Below, piece after piece: positions 24,881 to 35,803 of a stretch of DNA of 64,000 nucleotides. Source of the stretch: an uncultured Planctomycetota bacterium (lineage in GTDB: Bacteria; Planctomycetota; Planctomycetia; Isosphaerales; Isosphaeraceae); the NCBI GenBank assembly GCA_963823665.1, contig CAWGMQ010000004.1, positions 1,792,001 through 1,856,000 of the forward strand. The letters run 5' to 3'. Below the pieces are notes generated by a model. That model saw only the letters and a program-made list of their open reading frames with translations. It was not told the origin of the DNA and did no database searches. Every line of letters starts with the position of its first letter. Position 1 is the stretch's first letter. A program made the position numbers and the translations under genes.

Positions 24881-26053
24881 GGTCCTTCACAAGACCTCAA
24901 CCCGGTGGCTTCTTCCCCACGATCCGCCGAAACTTGGCGCGGTCGCGAACGGCGACAGCAATCCGACGGCGCTTCTCGCAAAGCGCGGTGCCACCATCAC
25001 ATCCGTAATTTCCACCGCGGCCGATGCTCGGCCCGCGCTGGAACCGGCAGCGGTTGATGCTGTCCTCGAGCGGAATCATCGTCTCCTCTAGAGAACATGT
25101 TCTACGTTTGCGAGACGGTCACTTCCCGCCGCCGAATGACGTGGCGCCGAAATACTGTACGTATGAATCTAAGGAGTTCTACCAGGGGTTTAATTAGGTA
25201 CTAGACCTTGTTCGTAAAAGCCAACATGCGTCCTATCATGTCTAGAGAAGTGCGTGCTAGGTTGCGTAATATCCCCGCATTTACTGTACGCACGCTACAA
25301 GAGTGCGGAGGGTTGTTGTGCGGCACTAGACGCCAGATCTCGCGATTCGCTCAGAGCGGAAAGAACATGGTCCATTCCTATTTCGGCGGAGTGTGTGCTT
25401 GCACGCAATGCTCGCGCAGCATCGACGGCGTGCTGCCGACTCGGTCTCTATGCAGCCTGCGTGCGGATCGGGGAGCCTGTAATCCAAGGGAGTCTGGACG
25501 GGCCACGACCCTGAGCAAGCCGGCCCTCGTCGACGACGGCCACAACATGCATGCATGTAATCATACAAAGAATTTTATTTCCGATATGAGTCACCAACTG
25601 ATGGATGCCAAGTATCTAATTATGGCAAACACGCAAGCACCCGTCGAGATCTGGAACTGTGACGGGCGAGCGGCAGTGTTCGCACTCAATTAATCAACGA
25701 GGATGATGGGGAATCCATCCGGACGCAACGAAATCAATGATTGATTTTCTCATGATCAAGGATCTGGCGCGTCGCAGGCCCGCCGCCTGAACCAAACAGG
25801 CTGTCGTACACTCAATAAAAGGGTTTACTCAGCCTGCGCGATCTTCTGACCGTTGCCGTTCGGAATGCGCACCGCTAGAGCCGCGCCCTGGCTTTGCCCC
25901 GGGCACGGTCCTCCAGAAAACTCTTGCCGAACGTTCTCGCACGAGCGTTTCCCACCGCGATTGTCCATCCCTGCTCCCTTGTGACCGCGAAGAGGCTTCG
26001 CTCTCCGCGTCTGCCGCGGTCCGCGCTCACGGATTACTACGGAGTACGATGCC

Positions 26054-26218
26054 ATGATCGTCGTCACCTTATCTGCCGAGCTGCTGGGCCACCTGCGCGG
26101 CCTCGCCACGTCGCTCGAAGTCCCCTTCGAGTGGCTGGTCGCCGGAATCGTCTGCGACACGATCGAAACGACACCCCAGAAGAGCCCGGCGTCGCCGCGT
26201 CGCCTGCGGGCGAGGTAG
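26054..26218 (+). CDS. 54-aa small protein, ribbon-helix-helix-like (absent from the ORF track)
   Basis: [38 protein letters not shown]...; GGAG upstream; strand-helix-helix pattern. Confidence 0.5.
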   Translation: MIVVTLSAELLGHLRGLATSLEVPFEWLVAGIVCDTIETTPQKSPASPRRLRAR

Positions 26219-26291
26219 AAGCGCATTCTGCTCTCATCGTACGTCGAACACAGGATCGAACAGGTTCACATGCATTTTCTTGGAGGTCATC

Positions 26292-26624
26292 ATGCAAGCT
26301 GCACAACGCATCGCTGCCGGTACCGCCCTTCCCCAGTTGCCGCCATCAGCCACGAACGATCGCGAAGCCGATCGTCCCTGGACCAGCCCCGCGCGAGTCG
26401 CCCAGTCGATCCGGGCGACCACCGCGCGGAACCAGAGCGGTCGTCGACGGCTCATCGACCCGACCACTTGCGATCGCGATTATTCCGCTGCGGAGATGGA
26501 ATTCATGCAGGCGATTCAGACTTACAAGCAGAACAGCGGCCGGATGTTTCCCACGTGGAGCGAGGTCCTGGAAGTTCTGCGCGGGCTCGGCTACCAGAAA
26601 GATGTCACCACCGAGGTCGCGTGA
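26292..26624 (+). CDS. conserved hypothetical protein (Planctomycete-type)
   Basis: [55 protein letters not shown]. Confidence 0.7.
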   Translation: MQAAQRIAAGTALPQLPPSATNDREADRPWTSPARVAQSIRATTARNQSGRRRLIDPTTCDRDYSAAEMEFMQAIQTYKQNSGRMFPTWSEVLEVLRGLGYQKDVTTEVA

Positions 26625-26724
26625 AGTTGACATTACTCGCGCGGCCTCCGACAATACCCAAAAGACGTGAGGCTCTCTGCCGGGAAGCGACCTTCACTCG
26701 AAGAAGAACGGGAGTCGTTGCGGA

Positions 26725-26983
26725 ATGCCGCTCTACGAATATCATTGCCAACCGTGCGAGCTGACCTTCGAGAACCCTGATCCGCACACCCAGCGACCAA
26801 CCATCTTGCCCGCGCTGCAGCTCGAGCGATGTGACCAAGCAGCTCAGCGTGCCCGCCATGGCCCACACGAGTTCGGGCCGCGCCGGTGCGTTGCCCATAA
26901 GTTCGGGACCAAGCGGTGGCTCGCCGTCGTTTGGATGCGGCCGGCCCCAGTGCGGCGGGGGCGTTTGTGCCGGACTGGATTAG
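26725..26983 (+). CDS. FmdB-family zinc-ribbon protein, frameshift near 26773
   Basis: MPLYEYHCQPCELTFE then CPRCSSSDVTKQLS in a shifted frame. Confidence 0.75.
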
Positions 26984-27041
26984 CGGGCACGGCTCTCAGG
27001 AACGGGCCGGGAATAACTTCACGCAAGGCCGCCTTTCCCGA

Positions 27042-27100
27042 GTAGTAGGCACACTCCGTGTGCCGTAACTGGTGAACGGCACACGGAGTGTGCCTACTAC
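27042..27100. repeat. GTAG-type REP/REPIN hairpin, perfect 25-bp inverted repeat
   Basis: gtagtaggcacactccgtgtgccgt-aactggtga-acggcacacggagtgtgcctactac, between convergent genes. Confidence 0.85.
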
Positions 27101-27149
27101 GGAGACTCGACCGCGATGTCAAACCGGGAAGGTATTCCCGGCCTGTTCT

Positions 27150-27803
27150 TTACTCATCCGCCTCGATCAAGTGGTTGCGGATGGCGTAGCGCACAAGGTG
27201 CGCGACATCGTGGATGTCGAGCCGTTCCATCAATTGAGAGCGGTGCACATCCACTGTCTTGGCGCTGATCGACAGCCGCTTGGCAATGGCCTTCGTCGGC
27301 AATCCCTCGGCGATGAGCTGCAGCACCTCTCGCTGGCGCGGTGTCAGCGACACGACCGACTGTTCCTCCGCCTGCGCCAGCCGGGTGTACTCCGCAACCA
27401 GATGGGCGGAAACGGCCGGACTCAAATAGCTCTCGCCGCGGAAAACCGCGCGCACGGCCGCCTCGCATTCCCCCGCGCCGGCGTCCTTGAGCAGATACCC
27501 CTTGGCGCCGGAGGCCAGCGCTTTCGTCGCGTACTCTTTCTGTTTGTGAATCGACAGGATGAGCACCTTTGTGTCGGGAAACTCGAGCACGACGCGCCTG
27601 GTGAGCTCGAAGCCGGTGATCCCCGGCATCTCGATGTCGGTCACCAGCACATCGGGCCGGTGCGCCGCGACCAGCTCAATTGCTCTCTCCCCGTCAGCCG
27701 CCTCGGCGACGACCTCGATGTCGCCGGCTTCCTCGAGCCACGCTCGCACGCCCCGGCGCACGAGCGCATGGTCGTCAGCGAGGACCACCCGGATTGTGCT
27801 CAC
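27150..27803 (-). CDS. NarL/LuxR response regulator
   Basis: VVLADDH, DIEMPG, GYLLKD, LTPRQREVLQLIAEG..KTVDVHR. Confidence 0.92.
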   Translation of the reverse strand: MSTIRVVLADDHALVRRGVRAWLEEAGDIEVVAEAADGERAIELVAAHRPDVLVTDIEMPGITGFELTRRVVLEFPDTKVLILSIHKQKEYATKALASGAKGYLLKDAGAGECEAAVRAVFRGESYLSPAVSAHLVAEYTRLAQAEEQSVVSLTPRQREVLQLIAEGLPTKAIAKRLSISAKTVDVHRSQLMERLDIHDVAHLVRYAIRNHLIEADE

Positions 27804-27941
27804 CAAGAGCCCTCCAAACCGAAGATAGGGCCCGATTCGAGGCCCTACGGCGAAATGCCGCGCCTTGCGGACGACCGTCAGGACGGACGGCCAGTCGCGG
27901 AACTGGCTCCGTTCCGTCTGGATAGGCACGCTCTCCGTCCG

Positions 27942-28436
27942 TCATGCTGCTGGCACCGAGTATAAACCACGCTCCGTCTGGTTTCTACTTCCCCGGCCGA
28001 ATGCGGACGCTGCCGTCCTTTTGCCGCTCCGCCTCCAAAGCTGGGTTGGGACGAATGGCACGCATCGAAACCAATTGCTCGCCGCGGAAAAAGAAGTCCC
28101 AGCCGAATCATTCCGCACGCGTTCCGTGAGCTCGTTCCATTCGACTTCAATGTGCGGGCCCCTCGCCGAGGAGCAAAAAACCGCGATTTCGTCGATGGGA
28201 ACGACGCGACTGGCTTCGGCTCTCCGCCGCCTGAAACGGTCGAGTGCCCGTCGAACCGCGAGCCAACGAAGGAACGCGGGCCAGCTCAAGATTGTCTCAG
28301 GCGGCGGACGCGCGATGACCTCGGCAAAGACATCCTGCAGACAGTCGAGCGCCTCGGCGTGGTCCCGGAGGATCCGGTACACCGTTCGCCAGACGAGCGG
28401 ACCGTGCTGTTCACGAATCTCTGGCCAATCGTGCAT
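27942..28436 (-). pseudogene. truncated ECF sigma factor (region 2 only)
   Basis: HGPLVWRTVYRILRDHAEALDCLQDVF...FLRWLAVRRALDRFR; no region-4 HTH follows. Confidence 0.55.
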
Positions 28437-28717
28437 CCCGGCGTTCCCGATTGGAATCGGAGCAAAGTCATCTAATCTACTGACGAAACACCTGCCGTGA
28501 ACATTACGCGCAAAATCTGCGACCTGAGCATTCTGGTCGATTCTCCAGGCGGCTCTCAGCCGCCGCGGTTGGACGGCACATCATGCGGTTCGAGCCGCAG
28601 CGAACCAGCAGACCTGCCCGATCTTTCGCGTCAGCGATTGCCGAGTGTGCGACAGTTGTCATAATGGTCTGAAACGACCCTGCCACCTGTCTGTCTCTAC
28701 GAAAGTCGCGTCCCCAT

Positions 28718-29248
28718 ATGCCGCTTCCATCCGAATCGACCGGGCCCAGGCGGCACTCACTCGCCTGGGCAATGGTTGTGATCGCGGTCATCGCCGCCGA
28801 TCTTGCTGCCGTGCGCCCCGTGCTCCCAATTGGCATATCCCCGCTCATGGTGAACGCGCTGCGTGCGAGCCTGCCGCTTGATTTTCCCAACATCGGCCTC
28901 GGCGTGATGATCCTCCTGCTGGAGGTAGGGCTCTTCAGGCTGGTCTCGAATCGGGGAGCAGGAAGGGCGTTCTGGCTGGGCTTTGAGATCGCGGGTTTGG
29001 CTTATGTGATCGTGTGCATGGTCTTCGCCGGGGCCGCTTGGGGCCTCGCCCGCACATTGTTCGAGAAATACGTGCTCGGGGGTCAGATCAGTTTCCGTTC
29101 CGGGTTGGGCCGATTCGTCCTCTTCGCGTGCGGTTTCCATCTGGCGATCGCACTGACCGTCGCCCTCCTCGCCGGTATTCTTGGATGCTGGGCGTGGCGT
29201 CTCTGGGGTCCAGCGAATCAACGGCGTCCAGTCGCAGGTGTGGCCTGA
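28718..29248 (+). CDS. membrane protein
   Basis: About four hydrophobic segments. Confidence 0.6.
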   Translation: MPLPSESTGPRRHSLAWAMVVIAVIAADLAAVRPVLPIGISPLMVNALRASLPLDFPNIGLGVMILLLEVGLFRLVSNRGAGRAFWLGFEIAGLAYVIVCMVFAGAAWGLARTLFEKYVLGGQISFRSGLGRFVLFACGFHLAIALTVALLAGILGCWAWRLWGPANQRRPVAGVA

Positions 29249-29292
29249 AATTTATCTTGCGCGAGCTGGAACGACTCGCCTTGAGGCATGAA

Positions 29293-30126
29293 ATGCGAAC
29301 TCGGCAAGCCACACTCCGGACCTGGATGGCGATTATCTTCGCCTCTGGTCTGCTTTTCGCCTGGATCCGCTCGCAAGGTTCGTTGCACTATGCACTCATC
29401 GTCGCCGCGAATTCGTACTTTGCGTGGGCTCTGTGTTTCCTCGTCACACGCACTTGCGCCCGACGGTTTGGCCCGATTGTTCGCCACTCATCGGTAAGAG
29501 CGATGCTTTCGATGCTCAGCGCACTGATTATAGCGGCTGCTGTGTACGTGGCGTGGTCCTATTGGCGTGCGACCTACGTAGTAATGGGACTCAACGAACG
29601 CTTGCCCTATCCCGATCCCGCACTCGTCGCGCTCGATCTCTGGTTCGAAGCCCGACACCCTCTGTCTCCGGGGTCGACATCGATTAAACTGTGTGGCGAG
29701 TGGGATCGCGTCAGGTTCGTCTTGGGGCTAGCGTGCATGGCCTTGGCCGCTCTGAGCGGTCTGCTACTCGGTGTCCTTTCGAATCGACTGAAGGCGCAAG
29801 ACATGTCCGTCGCACGCTTGTTCAGTCTCGTCTTGGCGGTTAGCGGGTTAGTTTTGTTGGCGCCGCTGATGCTCATCATCGCGATGGGAATTCGCTTGAG
29901 CTCGCTGGGGCACCCCCTCGTTCGTGCGACCGGACGGCGCGACGATGGTACGCATTTCTCGTTCGTGGAATTTCGAACGAACGCCCCAAATTCCGATCGG
30001 CCGACAGAGTTCTGGCGCTTCGTCCGAAAACATTCTCTCCATCGACTGCCCGCGCTCGTGTCCCTTCTGTTGGGAGAAATCTCGTTGAAGGATTTCTGGC
30101 AAGTCAGTCACGACCCGACCGCTTGA
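29293..30126 (+). CDS. membrane protein with degenerate bacterial sugar-transferase-like C-terminus
   Basis: Several TM segments, then LAPLMLIIAMGIRLSS.G.P...F.FVEFRT...RFVRKHSLHRLPALVSLLLGEISL. Confidence 0.55.
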   Translation: MRTRQATLRTWMAIIFASGLLFAWIRSQGSLHYALIVAANSYFAWALCFLVTRTCARRFGPIVRHSSVRAMLSMLSALIIAAAVYVAWSYWRATYVVMGLNERLPYPDPALVALDLWFEARHPLSPGSTSIKLCGEWDRVRFVLGLACMALAALSGLLLGVLSNRLKAQDMSVARLFSLVLAVSGLVLLAPLMLIIAMGIRLSSLGHPLVRATGRRDDGTHFSFVEFRTNAPNSDRPTEFWRFVRKHSLHRLPALVSLLLGEISLKDFWQVSHDPTA

Positions 30127-32551
30127 TCAACCAAACCTCCGAAACCTGACACCCCCGTCCGTTTCCGCCGCGGCCTTTCTCGCAATGCCACGTCAAATCG
30201 AGTGATCCGGAGCCGGTCGCCGCGTGCGGCAAGTCAAACTCCAGCGGCTTCATGTCACGCGGTTTGAGCAGCACGGGATGAACCTCGAGCGACTCACCGG
30301 CGACAAGCCGCACCTTGGCCTGAAACATATCGCCCGTGTACACAATCCGCACCTTATACGAAGCCTCGGGGTCGAGACCCGCGTAGTGCATGCGAAGCGT
30401 CTCGTCGACGAGAGCGCCGGCGTGCCGGCACCACGATCGCCGCCACGCCGGTTCCCAGTCGAAGCCTGTCTGTGGCGCGTGCAGGAACGCGGGATCCTTG
30501 GCATACTCTGATCCCATCACCAGATGCGGACGTCGCAGCGGATTTCCCAGATCGTCGTAGAATCCGCCCGGGCCCGGGTTGGTCCAGTTCACGATCGCGT
30601 CGATTTCTCCTTGCCGCGCCGCTTCGTTTTCGAGCTTGCGGATCGCCACGAATCGCCCGATCAGCCACTCGCGGTTGTTGAGTGCGACATCGAGCGTGTC
30701 CAGCGTCGCGCCGCGGCCCACCGAGATCGCCTTATAGCGGCTCACGCTGAGCTGCATTCGCACGCTTTGAAAAAGCGCCTCGGCCAACGCAAAGATCCTC
30801 GCCCGCAAGTCCGCGGCAACAGGATGCGTCAGCGATCGTTCAAGAATCGCCTCCGCCTCATCCATTGCCGTCAGAGAGCCAATCTCCCGAGCGACTCGCA
30901 AGCGGGCCAATGCCTGTTGCTCGAGATCGGTCTCGTACCCCAGGCGGCTGCGCACGTACGCATCGTAGTAGGCCCGGTAGAGCGCCTGCTGGAATCGCCA
31001 GTTGAGCAAAACGTCGGGCGCGGCGCGGCGTTCCAGATCGCGAAACTGCGCAAGCGTCGTATCGACTGACTCATTGACGAGCAGGGGCCCCCGCCAGTTC
31101 TGTTCGAGAGCGAGCAGCCCCTCGGCGAACCCGTCGACGTCGCCGGTTCCTTCACCCAGGAAGCACCGGCTAAATTGCCGCAAGGTGTCACGGACGTCTG
31201 CGCCCGGATCCCAGCCCAGCGAGCTCCAGACGAACTTGTTCACGTCGTCGTTGCAGCCTTCGGAATAGGTGATGAAGCCAATCGTTTGATCGGCAAACGC
31301 GTGAAAGATCGTCGTCTCGTCGCGCGGGCGAGGGTTGATCACCTCCCGGCCTTCGGTCAGAGAATAGGCGACGTCCCAGTCGGGAACGGCGTATTGACAG
31401 CGCATGCTGTGGGTGATGTCCGGGTAGTCGCGGATCGGGTAGCGCGAAGGAACCGCCTTTCGCAGCTCGGACAGGCTCACGCGAACTTGCGGGCCATAGA
31501 CCACGCCGCTGAGCCACGCGGGCTCTGAGCGCAAGATTACCAGGAACTCATCGAGCCATGCCTGCGAGAAGCTCTGGGGCGAGACCCACAGCTTGGCATT
31601 TGGATGGAATCGTTTGAGGTTGGCTGTCTGCTTCTCCAGGAGGGCCATGAGTGGACCGGGGCGGGTGTGCCCCGGGTCGCCTCCGGGCACGAACACCGCG
31701 TCGATTCGCGGCAGCTTCTGGAAAACCTCTGCCCATTCGGCCAGGGCATGCTCGACGGTCCGGGGATTGCTGTAATCGGCATCCATGGCCGGGTACCAGA
31801 TCCAGACGTCGAGCCCGTAATCGGCGGCGATTTGAGACATCTTCGTCATCATTTCCAGGGGAGGCAGCGGGAAGTGCGGGCTGTCGGCATCGTCGTCGGA
31901 GCGAGGCGGGATCAGCTCGATCGCGTTCGTGCCGAAGATGGCCAGGTCGCGGATGTATCGCTCCCACTGAGCGGCGTCCCACGCGTCGTAGGAATTGGTC
32001 TTCGGCCGGTATCCGAGCTGGTGTCCGCGCAAGGGGTATTTGGGGGCGGATGCCAGGTTGAGGCCGCCGGGCAGACCGGCGCGGCGGCGGCCGAGCCGAA
32101 GCTCCCGGAGGAGCCGGCCCACGCCGAAGAGAACCCCGCGCTCGTCATTGCCGATCACCGCCAAGACCGGCGGTCCCTTGGCGGCGGCTGATGTTTGAAT
32201 GCGGTATCCTTCCTTCTCGTTCCCGGTGGTCAAGCCCGGAAGCTGTTCCTTCAATTCGCGCGGGAATGTGTCGAAGAGCCGGGCCGGGCCGATGGCGATC
32301 ACCGGCACGTCAGCTTTGGGCCAACGGAGTGAAACATTCCACTCGAGCCCCGAGCGATTGCGCACCTCCTCGACCAGGAGCCGCGTCGCCTTGTTCTCGG
32401 GGCCGGAGAGTCCGTCGGGCACCACGATGACGGCTTTGCTCAAGTCGATCGGCTCGCCAGGCGCTTCACGGCCACGAACGAGCGAGGAGGCGAGGACCAA
32501 GGGCAAAAAAATAATCCAGCCTCTGGAGAATGATCGAGGTCTGATCATCAA
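30104..32551 (-). CDS. exported glycoside-hydrolase-like protein
   Basis: Signal peptide; EGYRI...VIGNDERGVLFGVGRLLR resembles the GH20/GH67 N-terminal domain, followed by a large catalytic-like region. Confidence 0.55.
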   Translation of the reverse strand: MMIRPRSFSRGWIIFLPLVLASSLVRGREAPGEPIDLSKAVIVVPDGLSGPENKATRLLVEEVRNRSGLEWNVSLRWPKADVPVIAIGPARLFDTFPRELKEQLPGLTTGNEKEGYRIQTSAAAKGPPVLAVIGNDERGVLFGVGRLLRELRLGRRRAGLPGGLNLASAPKYPLRGHQLGYRPKTNSYDAWDAAQWERYIRDLAIFGTNAIELIPPRSDDDADSPHFPLPPLEMMTKMSQIAADYGLDVWIWYPAMDADYSNPRTVEHALAEWAEVFQKLPRIDAVFVPGGDPGHTRPGPLMALLEKQTANLKRFHPNAKLWVSPQSFSQAWLDEFLVILRSEPAWLSGVVYGPQVRVSLSELRKAVPSRYPIRDYPDITHSMRCQYAVPDWDVAYSLTEGREVINPRPRDETTIFHAFADQTIGFITYSEGCNDDVNKFVWSSLGWDPGADVRDTLRQFSRCFLGEGTGDVDGFAEGLLALEQNWRGPLLVNESVDTTLAQFRDLERRAAPDVLLNWRFQQALYRAYYDAYVRSRLGYETDLEQQALARLRVAREIGSLTAMDEAEAILERSLTHPVAADLRARIFALAEALFQSVRMQLSVSRYKAISVGRGATLDTLDVALNNREWLIGRFVAIRKLENEAARQGEIDAIVNWTNPGPGGFYDDLGNPLRRPHLVMGSEYAKDPAFLHAPQTGFDWEPAWRRSWCRHAGALVDETLRMHYAGLDPEASYKVRIVYTGDMFQAKVRLVAGESLEVHPVLLKPRDMKPLEFDLPHAATGSGSLDLTWHCEKGRGGNGRGCQVSEVWLIKRSGRD

Positions 32552-32675
32552 CCGGTCCTTATACGCGGGCGGTCAGTCGGTCAGCCGAATTCACGACCAA
32601 CCAAGAATGTCACCCGCCGGGCCGGTCAAATCAAGCGCGATGCGGGCGCGTGCTCACGCGCCCGTGGGTTCCTCG

Positions 32676-32823
32676 CTACTTTCGCGGAGCGAAAGGCGAC
32701 ATTGGGTATCGCCAGCGGGGCGGCGAACGGGAAATCCCTTCGCGGAGCGAAGGGCGACAATGGGGTGAGTAATGACGCTCACGGAGGTCCGGGGCTACTT
32801 TCGCGGAGCGAAAGGCCACAATC
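32676..32823. repeat. three copies of palindromic CTTTCGCGGAGCGAAAGGCGAC-type REP
   Basis: Copies near 32679, 32737 and 32798; related copies near 43452 and (reverse orientation) 51995. Confidence 0.7.
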
Positions 32824-33108
32824 GGGCAAGCGCCCGGCCTCACGTGGGTCCGGCACTCGTGCCGGACTTGCCGGCGTCACGGCGCCTTCGGTGCCTCGAC
32901 TTCGGGTGCGGGCGTGACCGTGAATGACCCGCGGATCTCGATCGGTCTGGACCCGGTTCCGATTGTGAACTGGAAGGAAACTGTTTTGCCGCCCGCGCTG
33001 GCGTTCGGCTTTTTTGCCTCCTGGGGTGTTGCTGCCGTGGGGGTAGGCGGCAAAGGAGGTAGGTCAATGGCCGGGCCGAGGGCCACCGGCGGGGGGACGA
33101 GCTGCGGT

Positions 33109-35103
33109 TCAACCGACGTGCGCCTCACACCGCCGTCCTGCGTCTTCCTGGTGCGCGCGGCTCATGTCGAGCTGGGTTAGAGCCCGCAGATCGGAAACGT
33201 CTGGGCTTGTGAGCACCCTTGGCCCCTCCGCAACTTCAATGTGCTCATAGTCGAGGAGCGTTCCCTTGGCTTCCTCGAGCGCCACGATCGAAATGTTATA
33301 AGTCGACTTGTACTGGGCTTCGTAAGAAACCACGGTGGCCCATTGGCTGACGGCATCGAGGAATCGGTCGATGGTGATCCGGCCTTCCTCGTAATAAGCC
33401 CGCTGTGCGTCGAGTCGTTGTGCAGCGGCCGCCCGATTGCGGTGGGCTGTCTGGAACTGCTTAAAGTTGGAGTCAATCTCCAGGAAGAATCGAGCGAGTG
33501 AGTGGGTGGTCTGGTGGGTGAGCTGCTTCAGATATGCGTTCTGCCGTTCGACTCGGGCCGGATCCGGTCCCGACCCATCGGACTCCGCCCGCTTCATCGA
33601 CGATCTTTGCCGGACGATATCCGGCTGCTTCTCCAGCATGACCGCCAGAGATGTGTTCCAGTCGGGTTCCAGCCGAGCCTCGATGGGAGTTGTCACCGGA
33701 ATGATCTGCCGGTTGTCCGCCGGCGGCAGGCCCAGTATGTTGCGAAGCTGCCGTTCCGTCGTGATCACGTCCGACGTCTTCGTCACCAGGTCGAGATTGA
33801 ATTGTTCGAGCCTCTGCTCAGCCTCGGAAATGTTCGCCGCGTTTGATCTGCCGGCATTCATTTCTGCCCGCTCGCGCGTGAGAATCGCTTTCCCTAGCTC
33901 GACGGCCCGATCCGCTGCCCAGAGTTGCACATGAGCCTGAGAGAGGTTCCAGTAACACTGTTCGACCGAGCGAAGATGGGCCATGAGCTCGGACTTGAAC
34001 CGCTCGGGATCAGTGCCGCCCTGGAGCGGCGCGATCTTGTTCGTTTTTTCGGTTCGGGCGATGACGCGAACGATCTCGGAGTTATCCAGGCCGATGTTGA
34101 GCGCTTCGTGCAGAGTGAGTGACCATCGTTCTTGTGCGTCGTTTAACCCGTGGGGGGTCGTCCGGTGTTGCTCGACGAGGGCGCTTCGAGGCCCCTCGCT
34201 CGACGCCTGGTCGCCTGTCTTCTTCGAATCATCCGCCACACTCCAGGCCACCGCCCCGGCACCCGCCGTGAGAAACACCACCGCGAAGAACGCGGCCGCA
34301 GTCATCCTTAACTTGCCGATGATCATGGTCCTGAGCACTCCTTTGATCAGAATCCGCACCGACGCCGAGACCTCCCCGGCCGTCATCCATTCAGACAGAG
34401 CCCGTGTCGCGTCGCGAACAATTCCCTCGGGCACCGCGGCGTGAGCGCCACCAGAAGCGATCGTCGCCGCCAGCGCGGCCGATGGCGCCAGGCCGAGCCG
34501 GATCAGCCGTTCTCGCAGCCGCTGGCGGCCGCGAAACCGCCAGCTCTTCACCGTTCCCACCGGGCAGCCCATCCGCCGCGCAGCTTCTTCGCAAGAGCAG
34601 GCTTCGAGGTCGCAGAGCACGATCGGAATGCGATAGCAGTTGGGTAGCCGGTTGATCTCCTCGTGGAGCACACGCTCCAGCTCGGAGCCGGCTCGGTCTT
34701 CGTGCATCACCATGTTCGCCGCGTTTTGCGCCGCGCGATCTTCGTGCCTCCGTCGGCGGGCGGCATTCGCCCGTGCGCAGGCCGCGGTGCGGAATGCCAC
34801 CTGATGCAGCCACGGGCCCAGTGAATCCCGGACCCACAGGCCGCGGGCCTTCTTGACCAGGATCAGGAACGTGGCTTGAAACGCATCCTGCGTGTCGTGC
34901 GGGTTTGCGAGCTGGGCACTGCACACGCGCAGCACCATTGCCCCGTGCCGCTCGACCAGCGCCTCGAAAGCCAGCTCGGCGGCCTCGCCCTCATCGGTCG
35001 AGAATCGCTCGAGCAATTGCCCATCCGTCAGCTCCCGGATCGCTCCGACGTTGAAGAGCGTGCTCAATTGACGTCGGACGGCTCCATGCCTGTTGGTCTT
35101 CAC
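33109..35103 (-). CDS. ECF sigma-70 factor with TM segment and TolC-like C-terminal extension
   Basis: TDGQLLERF, AFEALVERHGAMV, DAFQATFL, EEAARRMGCPVGTVKSW; TM AAAFFAVVFLTAGAGAVAW; LRSVEQCYWNL..ERQLRNILGL. The C-terminus may continue by frameshift to about 32877. Confidence 0.8.
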   Translation of the reverse strand: MKTNRHGAVRRQLSTLFNVGAIRELTDGQLLERFSTDEGEAAELAFEALVERHGAMVLRVCSAQLANPHDTQDAFQATFLILVKKARGLWVRDSLGPWLHQVAFRTAACARANAARRRRHEDRAAQNAANMVMHEDRAGSELERVLHEEINRLPNCYRIPIVLCDLEACSCEEAARRMGCPVGTVKSWRFRGRQRLRERLIRLGLAPSAALAATIASGGAHAAVPEGIVRDATRALSEWMTAGEVSASVRILIKGVLRTMIIGKLRMTAAAFFAVVFLTAGAGAVAWSVADDSKKTGDQASSEGPRSALVEQHRTTPHGLNDAQERWSLTLHEALNIGLDNSEIVRVIARTEKTNKIAPLQGGTDPERFKSELMAHLRSVEQCYWNLSQAHVQLWAADRAVELGKAILTRERAEMNAGRSNAANISEAEQRLEQFNLDLVTKTSDVITTERQLRNILGLPPADNRQIIPVTTPIEARLEPDWNTSLAVMLEKQPDIVRQRSSMKRAESDGSGPDPARVERQNAYLKQLTHQTTHSLARFFLEIDSNFKQFQTAHRNRAAAAQRLDAQRAYYEEGRITIDRFLDAVSQWATVVSYEAQYKSTYNISIVALEEAKGTLLDYEHIEVAEGPRVLTSPDVSDLRALTQLDMSRAHQEDAGRRCEAHVG

Positions 35104-35565
35104 CGCTTCAGATCCTCCGCGGCTCGTGATCCTTCGACTTCCTGTGAGTAATGTGACGAAGAGCCGCGCTGGTTGCAACGATCTGGAAAAAGATTGGGAG
35201 GTTCTCATCGTGCGAGCGGGCTTATCGCCGGCCGCCTGAGAGATTAAGATACGGGCTCTGGAATAAAGGACGGACTTGGGGTATCGCGAGTCGTGCGCAC
35301 GAGACACCACCTCGGCGCCCCACCAGAAGTCCAGAATCGCCCGGGGTCATTCCCATGAGCATTCTCGAAGTCGACCGGCCGGAAGCGAAGGTGCTCGTTC
35401 TCGGCCCTGGACTGGCCGGCACGCTCATGACTCCCGCAGTACGTACACAACGCCGCATCTTCCCGGTTTTGAGTTGTCGGTTGGCCGCTTGTTCGAAGTC
35501 GCCGACCGCTGGCGCCAGAGTAAGGAACAACCGTGACAGCTTGTGACGGTGGCCGCCGGAATGCA

Positions 35566-35598
35566 CCCCCCCTAACCCCCCCTTCTAAAGGGGGGGAA
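35566..35598. repeat. CCCCCCTAACCCCCCC..AAGGGGGG intergenic palindromic repeat (reverse copy at about 63777-63806)
   Basis: Two related C/G-run hairpins in intergenic regions. Confidence 0.5.
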
Positions 35599-35803
35599 GC
35601 TTCGCGCAGAGTACGCGGCGGGGCATTACCGCTTCATGGCGCGCGAGTTTTCAATAGCCGAGAGCCCCCTCCAACAGAAGGACTGCGACATGCCCCTTTG
35701 CGTAGGAACCGGCTCCGTCCGGCGATCCGAGATGCGGCAGCACCAACGATCCGGGGACGGAGCCCCCTCCAACAGGAACAACTTCGGCGTGCCCATATGT
35801 CTC

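Noticed and set aside
25092..25103. LexA (GAAC-N4-GTTC) box near the ada/ogt genes
   Set aside because: The spacer is only 2 bp and the site is not upstream of the repair genes.
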